Shown: positions 25,465 to 37,400 of the stretch, piece by piece
Numbering within the stretch: position 1 is the stretch's first letter
Layout: every line of letters starts with the position of its first letter
From: Eledone cirrhosa
Taxonomy: Eukaryota
Assembly: GCA_964016885.1 (NCBI GenBank)
Contig: OZ024742.1
Coordinates: 232,562,001 to 232,626,000 of the forward strand
Direction of reading: 5' to 3'
Length of the DNA: 64,000 bases
The notes under the pieces: model-generated
Told to the model about the DNA's origin: nothing
Databases searched by the model: none
What the model saw: only the letters and a program-made list of their open reading frames with translations
Translations under genes and position numbers: made by a program

Positions 25465-25772
25465 TAGCTAAATGAACAATAATAATTCTTAGGGGTATAA
25501 AAACCCTAGAAAATGTTATTTACATCATTTCTAAAAATAGCAAAACAATTGATGCTTTGGATAGAGCCAAATAGAAGTAGTTAGACATGCTCAACCAACC
25601 ATGACGCCTAAACCAATCAGCTTCAGTAATCCAGTGAAACTACACACCAATTGGTCGAAATACAGTTTGCAAAATTTAGCATTCTGTAGCCGCTTTTCAC
25701 TGTATATAAGGTACAGAATTTACCCATCGCATTACAGTTGAAAATTGCAAACTTGACTGTCACCACAGATTA

Positions 25773-25811
25773 TGAACCTGAAGATTGCGAAAGCATGAAA
25801 ATACTTGTTCA
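25773..25811 (+). ncRNA. Minimal type I hammerhead ribozyme motif
   Basis: TGAAC-CTGAAGA-T-TGC(GAAA)GCA-T-GAAA-ATAC-TT-GTTCA: stem I UGAAC/GUUCA, CUGANGA core, stem II, GAAA, UH site. Confidence 0.72.
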
Positions 25812-25869
25812 ATTAACATTTATTCTACCATACTATTCAGATTGCATCTATAAAATTCAGATTACATCT

Positions 25870-26372
25870 GTATATATACACATACATATATATATATATA
25901 TACATTCATATATATACATACATACACACATATACATATACATATACATATATATAAATACACATATACATGCATATATATACACATATACATATATATA
26001 CATGCATATATATATATACATATACAATATGTATAGGATTCCTTTCCCTTTGAGCACATAATTTACAGGGAATAACGCGACTCTATGGCTCCGTTAATTT
26101 ATCTTCATATATATATATATATACATATATATACATACACACATATATATACATACACACACATATATATACATACACACACATATATATATATATATAT
26201 ACACACACATGCATACACACACATATATGCATACACACACATATATACATACACACATATATATACATACACACACATATATACATACACACATATATAT
26301 ACATACACACACACATATATATAGATATACATACATATATATATATACATATATAGAGATTCATACATACAT

Positions 26373-26406
<34 letters not shown>

Positions 26407-26410
26407 GTAT
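25870..26410. repeat. (TA)n/(CA)n compound microsatellite
   Basis: Direct reading. Confidence 0.9.
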
Positions 26411-26916
26411 AAAGTACTTGATGAGCATTCTAGTTGTTCAATAAACTGATTGAATAATACAAACGATGTTTTAATATACAGATTCATTATTTGTGTATAT
26501 ATAATATATACAAAGCATATAAATAAATTTACAGTAGAATAACATAGCAAATATGTTTTAAATATATACATAAATAACATTACCAATGCTTAAATAACAT
26601 TATAAATTGCTCGCGATTCTTTCAGAAGGATATATTCCTTTAATGTTGCAATATTAAAGAAAATATACGTATATATATATACATACATATATTTATTCAA
26701 CTAAGGAAAGTTGGTTGATTGAAAATCTGCCCTACGTGTTCTCATATCAACGGATATCAACGAATATCTCATATCAACGGATATTTACATCTTGCATGGA
26801 TTTTTGTCGGAAGAAAACACGTAGGGCAGATATTATACAAATGACATATGTCTTTGAAATAAGTATAATAAAATAAATAGGGATGAACAAGTGATACCGT
26901 CTTTCTTCTTTATTAT

Positions 26917-26987
<71 letters not shown>

Positions 26988-27003
26988 AAAAGGTAACACA
27001 CTA

Positions 27004-27159
27004 AAGGCTTTATCTCACATAATATCGAGTCTATGATATTTTGATATTTATTTTGAGAACAATACCTTAACATCAGTATGAGTAGCTAGTTATGGCCGGT
27101 CTGAACAGAAAGAGCTGAGAGAATTCTGGCTGGATACAGCCAGTTTAAATGCTAAAGGG
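27004..27159 (+). mobile_element. piggyBac-type MITE, partial
   Basis: Family of 46901-47108; ends TAAATGCTAAAGGG|TTAA. Confidence 0.75.
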
Positions 27160-27465
27160 TTAAATTATATTCCAAACACCAGCTTAATTATGAAAAAGTT
27201 AGTTAAATCACTCCAAATTCTTGATTATTTATAAAAATTATTTGAAACATAAACAGTGTCTTTCATTAGAAATATGGAAACAAAAGGGTTTATCCACCTA
27301 AAAATCTTCCACCATATTTTAAGAATCTTCGTTAAGTTATGTTCCAAATACCAGTTTAATTATGAGAAAGTTAGTTATATTACTAAAACACTCACAAGTC
27401 TTCATAAATTTCAAAATTATTTGAAACTCATAAGCAGTAACTCTCCTGGTAATGAAAGGATTTAA

Positions 27466-27640
27466 CCTTTAGCATTTACATTACTCTATATATACTCTTG
27501 TATTTTTATCTAACATTATATCGAGATTTCGATATTATTTATTTTGAGAACAATACCTTAGCATAAATACAAGTGGCCAGTTACAGCTGGTTTGAACAGA
27601 AAGAGGTGAGAGAATTCTGGCCAGATACGGCCAGTTTAAA
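27466..27640 (+). mobile_element. piggyBac-type MITE truncated by the Penelope-like insertion
   Basis: TTAA|CCTTTAGCATTTAC start; right TIR replaced by the PLE inverted repeat. Confidence 0.75.
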
Positions 27641-28580
27641 TTGTGACAATGGGCCTTCCGTCTTTGTTTCCGCATTTGTCTATGTGTTTCCGGAAAGACG
27701 AGGCCCTGAACACACTAAAACCAGGGCCTCGTCTTTCCGGAAACACATAGACAAATGCGGAAACAAAGACGGAAGGCCCATTGTCACAATTCTAGCGACT
27801 GAAAGAAACGTCGGCACGTTACGTATCAAGGAAGCGCTTTTTATCAAACGACTGCAACCGCAAATAAACAACCGATCAGAGAGAAGCGAAATGAGATGGC
27901 TCGTTTAAGTTAACAAGCGATGCAACAACACACAACACACACACACGCAAACGAGACAACTACACACACACACACACACACACAGTAGCATTCCACCATA
28001 CGAACATACTACACTGCCAATACAGAGGAACAAGGCAATAACACACGCACACACACACACTCAAGCGAGACAACAACACACGCACACACACACACAGTAA
28101 CATTTAACAAACAGGCAGAGAATGGACTGACAGCTAGCGCCTTCCCACTCCCTCATTCGGCCGCTGACCTCTGTACGACCCCATTTCACGCGCACGCGCG
28201 CTCTGCCGAATACCTCAGATATTCAAAACAACAAACAGCGAAGGACGCATTCCGGACCTGTCAGACAGACAACCTTTTCCCCCACCCGGGAAAAAAAACC
28301 CAGTTGATGGATGTGAATCCGAAATATATAGGGACTATTAAATCTCTTCCAAGGTAACTCTTTCTTGTGTTGTTATTTTTATTCTATCCTTTATACTCTT
28401 CATTCTACACATCTCACATATCTTATACACACCACGCATCTCAACGTACACCCACTTACATCTCTCTCTCCACCACCGGACCTTGTTACCCGGAGATTTA
28501 CCCATTTGCATTGTCGAGGCTTCCAAACGACTTAAAGTTATTTACTTATTGTTCCACAATGCTTCAAGCAAACTTCAATA

Positions 28581-28585
<5 letters not shown>
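27639..28585 (+). mobile_element. 5'-truncated Penelope-like element (GIY-YIG endonuclease C-terminus, 5' inversion, pLTR)
   Basis: HIDKC...ILATERNVGTLRIKEALFIKRLQPQINNR is the PLE GIY-YIG tail; perfect 70-bp inverted repeat at 27639-27708/27722-27791; degenerate hammerhead at 28299-28333. 3' end approximate. Confidence 0.8.
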
Positions 28586-28673
<88 letters not shown>

Positions 28674-28677
<4 letters not shown>

Positions 28678-28862
28678 TGTCCCCGAAAAATGTATACACA
28701 CTTTGATCACCTGTACAGGCAATATATATATTAGAATGGTGTATACATTTTTAGGGACCCCGGTATATATATATATGGTGTCCCCGAAAAATGTATACAC
28801 ACTTTGATTACCTGTACAGGCAATATATATATTAGAATGATGTATACATTTTTAGGGACCCC

Positions 28863-28903
<41 letters not shown>

Positions 28904-29084
28904 TGTCCCCGAAAAATGTATACACACTTTGATTACCTGTAGAGGCAATATATATATTAGAATGGTGTATACATTTTTAGGGACACCGGTATATATATAT
29001 ATATATGGTGTCCCGGAAAAATGTATACACACTTTGATTACCTGTACAGGCAATATATATATTAGAATGGTATATACATTTTTT
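28674..29084. mobile_element. Tandem array of four ~88-bp Tc1/mariner-type MITE units in a (TA)n tract
   Basis: Each unit reads GGTGTCCCCGAAAAATGTATACAC...GTGTATACATTTTTAGGGAC(C/A)CC, separated by (TA)n; the fourth is truncated. A relative lies at ~33852-33931. Confidence 0.8.
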
Positions 29085-29405
29085 ATAATACTAAAAGTCT
29101 GCGATTGATTGCTTGCTTGCTTATGTGTAATGTAATACAGCCAAAAGGGCGCATAATGGGAAAATACTTTGAAAGGAAGTTGACCCTGAAATGGGAATAC
29201 AAATGGAACAAAACAAATTTCGCGTAAATCGGACCGCGGGTTCCCGACATATGGGGTTTTTCCTGGTGCCTTCATAAACAAATTAAACAAAGAGAGAAAA
29301 AGATAGAGAGAAAGAGATAGTGGTTGTGAGAGAGTAGATTGAAAGAGAGACAGAAAGAGGGAGAGGAGACAGAGAATGAAAATGGAAGAGAGCTGGTGGT
29401 GCTGT

Positions 29406-29458
<53 letters not shown>

Positions 29459-29717
29459 TTATGACCAGTGCATGTAGATCACAGACATCCACATATATAT
29501 ATATATACACACACATATATATGTATATGTTTACACACACACACACATATATATATACACATACACTCACATATATATATAGGCCTTCCAGTTTCATTTC
29601 ACATTATATACATGTCTGTGTATATTTTTATTATTTAAAAATTATTTTTAAGTGAACACAATTTTTAAAAAAATATTTTTGAAATTAACATGACCCAACG
29701 GGTCACGGGTGGTCTAG
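29078..29717 (+). mobile_element. Helitron/Helentron-type non-autonomous element
   Basis: 5' ATAATACTAAAAGTC + (GCTT)n; 3' hairpin TGACCC-AAC-GGGTCA followed by CTAG|T. Confidence 0.65.
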
Positions 29718-29910
29718 TTTACTATTATATTTTCATGGTAAAGGCTTTACCTCACATAATTATCTCACATAATATCGAATCTGAGAGTTTGATATTATTT
29801 ATGTTGAGAATAATACCTTAACATTAGTATGAGCAGCCGGCTACAGCCGGTTTGAACAGGAAAAGATGAGCGAATTCTGGTCAGATACAGCTGGTTTATA
29901 TGCTAAAGGG
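29718..29910 (+). mobile_element. piggyBac-type MITE, left end missing
   Basis: Family of 46901-47108; ends TGCTAAAGGG|TTAA. Confidence 0.75.
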
Positions 29911-30332
29911 TTAAGTAAACTGTATTCCTCAATGTTTTATCAATAAAAAATGGAAGTATATTCGGTACTAAATATAATTAGAGTGTGACTTTATTTCTGG
30001 AGAATTTATTTACAAATATTCAAGTTTCAAGTAATGGAATCTTGCCTAATTAGAACAAATACATGAAACCTTTTTTTGTTTTTTTCTTCAGATCTTTCAA
30101 TTTTTCCAAATATAACATGTTTTGACATAGTTTTGGTATGATTTTACTGGCTTGATAAATCTTTGTATTGAATCATAACAATATAGTGTAGGTTGAGCTA
30201 GATACCCTTTCTAATACCAATCAAATGTTCCATCTTAGAAAACAGTTGCTCTAATTAAGTATTTTTAACAGAGATAATTGGATGTAATATTATGGTTATG
30301 CCCTTCTTATCACCAACAGAAGTTTGGTGAAA

Positions 30333-30560
30333 AGAGATACAAATGATCTGGAAAAACAAGAGAAGCTTGTCATGGGGTCTGTAAAGTCTAACCACTGCTT
30401 TAATAAGGATGATATAAATGATCTGGGAAAACTAGAGAAGCTTGTCATGGGGTCCGTAAAGCTAACTGCTGCTTTAATAAGGATGATACAAATGATCTTG
30501 GAAAACTAGAGAAGCTTGTCATGGGGTCAACAAAGCTAACCACTGCTTTAATAAGGACGA
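30333..30560. repeat. ~74-75 bp tandem repeat, 3 copies
   Basis: GATA(C/T)AAATGATCT...AGAGAAGCTTGTCATGGGGTC at 30336, 30411 and 30485. Confidence 0.85.
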
Positions 30561-30759
30561 TGTGCAGTGAACCAGTGGCCTCTGAGGGACGAGCTGCTAG
30601 AAAGGACAGCCCAAAACCACTCAGAGAAGTGTGCTCAACCAAACAGAGGGATAGGAAAGACTGTTATAAGGACGAAATATCACGATAAATTAACAGAGCC
30701 ATTCCCTGTAAATAATGTGCTCAAAGGAGAAGAAATCATGAGCTCTTTAAAATACAATA

Positions 30760-31175
30760 TGTTGAAAAGGTAACACACTAGAGAGATATATACAGTGCGC
30801 TATCAATAAAACAGGGAAAAAACCACCAGTGTATGGAATCTATAACCTATGAAAGGCAGACTATAGACACGATAATTAAAAACATAAATTAAAGCGTAAA
30901 TAAATATCTCTATAACTATATAACACACGTACAAATCCAAAGAGATCTGTTTCACCAGTAAGTTGTTGACAGAAATGGAATAACCCCGGTTCCTCAGCTT
31001 CAGACAACACTAAGAGAATTTTGGCGCTAAACTTTTCCTTTTGAAAGAAAAATGGCGCCAAACTTTTCCTTTTGAAAGAATATTGTGATTTGTCACGTGA
31101 TTGTGTTCACGTGATATTACCTCTAAATATGTGAATACGTACACAGCATTCTCCTCACGAAGGGCGATCGCAACA
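30760..31175. mobile_element. Probable solo LTR
   Basis: Termini TGTTG...CAACA, 416 bp, AT-rich flanks; the same left terminus recurs at 26983-27003. Confidence 0.55.
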
Positions 31176-31384
31176 TATATACTTATACACACAAACACAT
31201 ACACACCGTGTATATATATATATACACGCAGAAACACACACATACAATAACGACCAGTACTACGATTCTGGAGGAGCGAATGATGGAGAAGATGAAGCTC
31301 TCTGCCGCAGAATAATGGTATTTAATTTTAATAATAATACTAATAATATATATATATATATATATTTCTTAATTGAATTGATTA

Positions 31385-33365
31385 CACTGGTCAACAAAAA
31401 AATATTCATTTCATGGTTCTGGTATAATTTAGTATGATTCTAGGGTAACCAAGTGTGCAGAATCTGAATATGACAACGGTTAAGCTGTATCGGGTCTAGT
31501 TTTCAAGAACCAGCATATCCATGTTTATGACCCATAGCTATGTGGCTCATATTACTTCATCCAATTGTATCCACTATATTTAGTTGTTAACTAATTTATA
31601 CTTACTGCTTTTGTTTTAGATCACAGAATTGTAACTATTCTTGGATAATTCACAACAACTTTGACTAGTGGGAGAGACGGAACGCCGGAAATGTATAAAT
31701 GACCCGGACCGATTTTGCTATATTTGTGGACTCTTTACCCCAGAAAGCATAAAGAAACCAATCACAAAAGCAGTTCGAGTAAACTACAAATGCTACTTCA
31801 AATGTCCATTAGGAGACCAGGACAAGAAATGGGCGCTTCATATAGCGTGTAGGTCATGTGTTAATCACCTAAGTGAATGGAAGAATGGGAAACGAAGTTC
31901 TGGTTTGCCATTTGCCATACCAATGGTGTGGCGAGAACCAAAAGACCACAATTACGATTGCTACTTCTGCCATATAAACATCCAAGGAATAACTGTGAAG
32001 ACACGAACTACACTTCAATACCCCGATATCTCGTCAGCAATCCGACCAGCACCTCACAGTGACGAATTACCTGTTCCAGTTCCACCTGCTGAACACGAGC
32101 TAATCTCTGATTCTGATTCCAGTAGCACCCCTATTGATGATGACTATCAAGACGAACATGAGACAAGTGAACCCATACCATTTAACCAGGAAGCTCTTCA
32201 CGATCTCATTAAAGACCTACATTTGTCTAAAGAAAAGGCAGATCTCCTGGGATCAAGACTGAAGCAACGAAACCTGCTGGAACCTGGCGTCCGCATTACA
32301 ACCGCTCGTCATCGTCATAAACATCTTAATTAGTCTACTTCTAGGTCTTCAGACTGGTTACACAAAGCATATGTGTTTTCTATGTTTGTGGAATAGTAGA
32401 GCAGATGCGGAGCACTACAGGAAGAAGGATTGGCCAACAAGACCAAAGGATGCACCCCGTAGATTCAACTGTTTGTACAAACCTTTCGTGGATCCAGAAA
32501 AAGTATTCCTCCCTCCATTACATCTCAAATTAGGCTTGGCCAAAAACTTTATTAAAAGCGTGGATCATACAGGTAATGGGTTTCAGTACTTGTGTAAGAA
32601 ATTGGGTAGAGTGGTATCTGAAGCAAAGTTAAAAGCAGGGGTTTTGAATGGTCCTCAGATTCGTATGCTGGTTAATGATAGTGAGTTTACGAAAACACTA
32701 AACCCTTTGGAGACTAATGCATGGAAATCATTTGTAGATGTGACACAGAACTTTCTTGGAAACCACCGTGCAGACAACTATAAAGAAATTGTTGAAACCA
32801 TGATACAAAATTATCGCGCTCTGGGTTCACGAATGTCGTTGAAGCTTTATTTCTTCCATTCTCATCTGGATTTCTTCCCAAGTAATCTAGGAGACATCAG
32901 TGATGAACATGGAGAGAGAGGTTTCACCAGGTTTCATAGTGGAGAGTAGGTATCAGGGTCGGTTCAATCCCAACATGATGGGCGACTACTGCTGGACACT
33001 GCAACGTGAAGAGAGCCAGCAAAACAACCGTAAAAGCAAAATCCAGAAATTTGTTTAGAAATGTTTTGAAATATGTTGCTATGTTCAGAATGTTGTTCAG
33101 AAATGTTTTGTTAATATACTAAGTGTTAAAAAAATAAATAAAAATATGTTTATATATTTTTATTAATAAGTTAATATGTTTACATCTAAGTCATCATATG
33201 TTACACAATGGATAAATAATGCAATACGAGGAACATATTTTCGATCTCATATTAAGGTATTCTGGTCCGATAGCAAAACATGAATATCAAAACTGAAGTT
33301 AGTGCTATGAAATTAGTAAGATGCACATATTCACATGTAAGAACCATTTTGGCCGTTGACCAGTG
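31385..33365 (+). mobile_element. Chapaev3 (CMC superfamily) DNA transposon, internally deleted transposase pseudogene
   Basis: TIR CACTGGTCAAC/GTTGACCAGTG with TTA on both sides (3-bp TSD). Motifs FCYICG, GDQDK.W..H..C, WREP..H..DCYFC, CFLCLW, LPPLHLKLGL, HSHLDFFP.NLG..SDEHGER, RYQG...DYCW. Confidence 0.85.
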
Positions 33366-33433
33366 TTATCATTATCGTTTTTATGGCAAAAGATAGACAG
33401 AGAGGGAAAGAGATAGACAGAGGGGAAGATTTT

Positions 33434-33469
<36 letters not shown>

Positions 33470-33808
33470 AGAAAGAAGAGAAAAAAACGAGACCCTTAGA
33501 AACGAATAAGAGTCATCAAAGCGATCATATGTATTGCTTTAAACTGTAATGCGAAGGGATACACTAGTATTTGAGGTACCATCATTTGGGATTTTAACCC
33601 TCGGACTTTTCCCTCCCGGTTTTGAAATTTAGGGGTGACTGGGAATATTACATAATGTAGGGATTTTCTTTTCCTTTTCTATCATTTCTTATTTATGTAT
33701 TTATATATTTATTTATCTACTCTCGTGATTGATATTCCGACAAATGTTAGGGGTGTATTTTGGTTTTTTATTATGTCAGGTATAGCATCCCAAAATTTCT
33801 CCCTTCCC

Positions 33809-33850
<42 letters not shown>

Positions 33851-33969
33851 AACACAGTGTCCCAAAATATGTATACACACTTCAACAGCAAAGTAATCAA
33901 AGTTTGTATATATTTTGGAGGGGACACCGTGTGTATATATATATATGTGTGTGTGTGTGTGTATGTGTA

Positions 33970-34175
33970 ACTAGTAAAACTGTAAAAACGCAGCGGTATA
34001 TTCTAATTTGGCCCTTTTAAGGGTCACCTATATTTTCATTTAAGTAACTCCACTTACATCTATATGCTTTAATAAAAAAAAAAATGAAAACGCGTGAAAA
34101 AAAAAAAAACGCGTGAAAAAAAAAACGATGTTTTGCTTTCATCGGCTGCTTCGACTGACAGCGTTGTAGTGCCCA
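33970..34175 (-). mobile_element. Helitron-like repeat (relative of 1-760) directly upstream of BRIX1
   Basis: TTCTAATTTGGCCCTTTTAAGGG..CACCTATATTTTCATTTAAGTAACTCCACTTAC is the reverse complement of ~545-600. Confidence 0.6.
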
Positions 34176-34373
34176 ATTTTCAAATAATTTGAGCAGTATT
34201 CACTATTCTTAGTAGTTACGTACTTAAAATATATATTGCAGTACATAATTTTACAACTTTATTAAGGTTTTTAATTCAAAATATTTAAATATAGAATACA
34301 TTTGTTCTCAACTAAATATATATATTTTCAAGTTGATACTTTCGTACATCCTGTCTCATCGGAACAATTCAAA

Positions 34374-34475
34374 ATGGCGAAGCGAAAGGCTGCACGTGTC
34401 GAACCTGCGAAAAAAGAGGAGAAAGTTGAAGTTTTACCCCCTGTTATACAATCTGATGATCCACCAACGAAAAAG
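34374..34475 (+). CDS. BRIX1: BRIX1 coding exon 1 (MAKRKAARVEP...PPTKK)
   Basis: ATG in CAAAATGG context; ends at AAG|GTATGT donor; 102 nt, phase 0. Confidence 0.88.
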
Positions 34476-37400
34476 GTATGTGTAATGTTTTAATTTATTG
34501 AAATTAAAAACAATAGATTATTACTAATTCGATGTTAACGGGTATACATACATTTATTGTAAGCTTTAGAAATTTGTTTCATAAAATTATTCGTAAACAT
34601 TTACTAGATTAAACTTACAGTAAGAAATAAAATAGAATCTGGATATAGATAAAAAAAAAAAAGCCAAACGTTCATTCACTATAATAATAAAAACTATTTT
34701 ATATTTGTGCATTTCTCCGTAGAAATCACGACATTATCTACTTTGTGGCAGCTGCATCACACGTGGAGGACGCCCGAAACAAAATACGCATTTTTTCTTG
34801 ACATATAATTAAATAGCTTATCAACAATTACACCATCTGTATTAATATTCCAGTAATGATTAGCAAGTTGATGAATACTTTTCTTCCCCAGCATTTATTC
34901 TTTCAAACAAATTCGTAGAAGTAACACGTTGTATAATAATATAATGCTTACAGAACGAAAATACAAATACATCATTATATCAAATATTATAGATTATGAT
35001 ATACAATATTTTTTTGTATCTTAATCCACATCGTTGGAATTTACTTAATTCCGTTAAGTGCTCGACGGAGCTGTGCTAATTTAGACCAAAAATAATGTCC
35101 TTCCAGTGGTCGTTTGATCACTAGACATTTTCGTGGAAAGACTGAGAGATACTTCTAAAATGTTTCTACTTTTGCCTATACCACCCCTCTTGACGCCGTC
35201 AATTCCTAAACGCGATGACAAAATATTTTACTTGTGAAATGTTTGTTATAAATAAAGTGGGTAAATTTATAAAACACCCCACTCGATTTCAGGGGAAAAT
35301 ATTTTTCCTCGTTTACTTTTTCGTCAACTAATTTAACTTCCAAGATTCTGGCAATGGAATTTTTTCCCGGAGAACGGAAGTGGGTGGGGCACCCCCTTTT
35401 CCGAGTTTCCCTACGACTTTCTCTTTTGCATGTTATCAAAGAGTAGCATCTCCAAACCAATCGGAAACGACTAGATTTATAGAATAAGTAGAGTGAAAGG
35501 GGACGAAATGAAGACCATCGGAGTTTCGCAGATCTACACACGCGTTTGGTGGGAAATAATTATCTTTCTTTGTTTTTTTTTTCTGTATCTCTTAGATCAA
35601 TGGATTTTTTTTCACAAAAACCCTGAAACTAACCCTAATACTGAAAAAAAAATGTCAACTTTGCCTTTCATCTTCATGGAATTGATAAACTGAAGTGTCA
35701 TTCAAGTACTGGGGTTATCCTTCTCTCAAAATTATCATTTGTACATCTGCCTTTTGGTGCTTCATATGGATGGATATGCCTTCTCCAGTACTGTTTTCCT
35801 CAACTTGTGTTCCTTCATTATCTTTGAGGTTTAACTTACTGAGATCACCTTTGACTACTTGTGCTCAGGTTTTCCCCAGTTTACCTCCTCTGCAACTTCC
35901 ACTACGAGCTCTGGGTACTTTTTCACACTGCACCTAACTTCTTTTGTCCAGTAATTATGGCCTTTTATGTTCTGATTTCAAATCCATTCAAAATCAAAGA
36001 TATTCGACTACTGAGCCTTGATCAACTGCCCTCCTTCCACAATGTGTAACTTAATATTTATGTCAGAAGTCCTTAAAAGGTGTGGTTACTTAATGCATTA
36101 AGTAACCACACCTTTTAAGGACTTCTGACATAAATATTATGTGATGTTGAGCCTCTGAAGATCTTCCCTGGTGATATCCAGCCATCAGGTGTGGTGCCTC
36201 TTCCTGTTTGCAGCTGCTGCGGCAACAAGAGTAAGGCCCTGGTAGGATGATCTGGTGGAAAGTGGAGGACATGTCCGTACCAGTGCATGCAGTGGGTAGC
36301 TGAGTCGGGAAGCTGTGGACTGATGTGTGCGTGCACGCAACACTTTGTTGTTAACTGAGAATTTAGGATTTAGTAAAATAACAATATCATTATTAAGTTG
36401 GTTTTTGAAACAAGCTAAAGCAAATATACAGTATGCCCCAACCCACCCTCCTATACACCCCCATGGAGACAGGCCAAAGTAAATCCATCTAGTGAAGCCC
36501 CCAGCCCACACTGTAAAGTGGTCGTGTATGTGTCATGACAAAAAGCGCCCAGTACTCATTGTAAATGAGGTTGGCGTTAGGAAGGGCATCCAGCTGTAGA
36601 AACCAACCCACAATCAGTCCTGTATGAGCAAGACATGATCACCTGACCTAGTATTGCCCACAACAGGACAACCTGTCTAACGCATGCTAGCGTGGAAAAT
36701 AGACATAAAACATCCAGCCCACACTGTAAAGTGGTTATGTAAAAGACACGGCAAAAAGCACGCAGCACACACTGTAAATGTGGTTAGCGCTAGGAAGAGC
36801 ATCCAGCCATAGAAAACCAGCCAGAAACAGTCCTATATGAGTGAGACATGCCTCTAAATGGGACAAACCCGTCTATCCCATGCTAGCGTGAAAGCTGGAC
36901 GTTAAATGATTGTGATGATGATGATGAACTTGACAAAGTTTCTTATACTTATGATAGGTTCTTAAATACAAATTTAAACACTTCAAATTAGTATAGAACC
37001 AGGGCTGGTTTCAGGCAATTTGTTTTGAAAAGGGTTAACATTTAGTCTTAAGTTTTTAATCTTTTTACACCCAGCATTCATTTTGTCTTAATTTGTTAAT
37101 TACTGCTCTATATCTAATCCAATTCTATATTTTATTTCTGTATTTCAAGAACTAATCCTATTCTCATCCCTGATTTATTAAATATCCTGTAATTATTTGA
37201 TAACTGAGTGTGGTTGAAATTAGTTTATATAAACCATGGTTCAAATTGGAATGTGAATTTTAAATGTGGTTCTATGTAAAAACCTAATCTATTTAAAAAT
37301 ATCTTTTTTAAGTCTAAATGGATAAACAAACAGAGAGTATTGGTGCTTGCTACCCGAGGGATAATGGCTCAAGGTCGTCACTTAATGAATGATATGAAGA

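Larger units (their letters stand above)
25387..25838 (+). mobile_element. Penelope-like pseudo-LTR remnant with inverted partial copy
   Basis: Inverted arms ~25387-25466 and 25771-25838, each with a hammerhead motif; CCAAT boxes and TATATAAG lie between them. Confidence 0.7.

Noticed and set aside
25857-26586. Tyr/Ile/His/Cys-rich ORFs
   Set aside because: Translations of (TA)n/(CA)n microsatellites.
28674-29084. CRISPR-like palindromic repeat array
   Set aside because: Spacers are (TA)n, the units are TIR-bounded MITEs, the DNA is eukaryotic and no cas genes are present.
35195-35208. CCGTCAATTCCT match to an SSU rRNA conserved site
   Set aside because: Only ~12 nt, with no flanking rRNA similarity.
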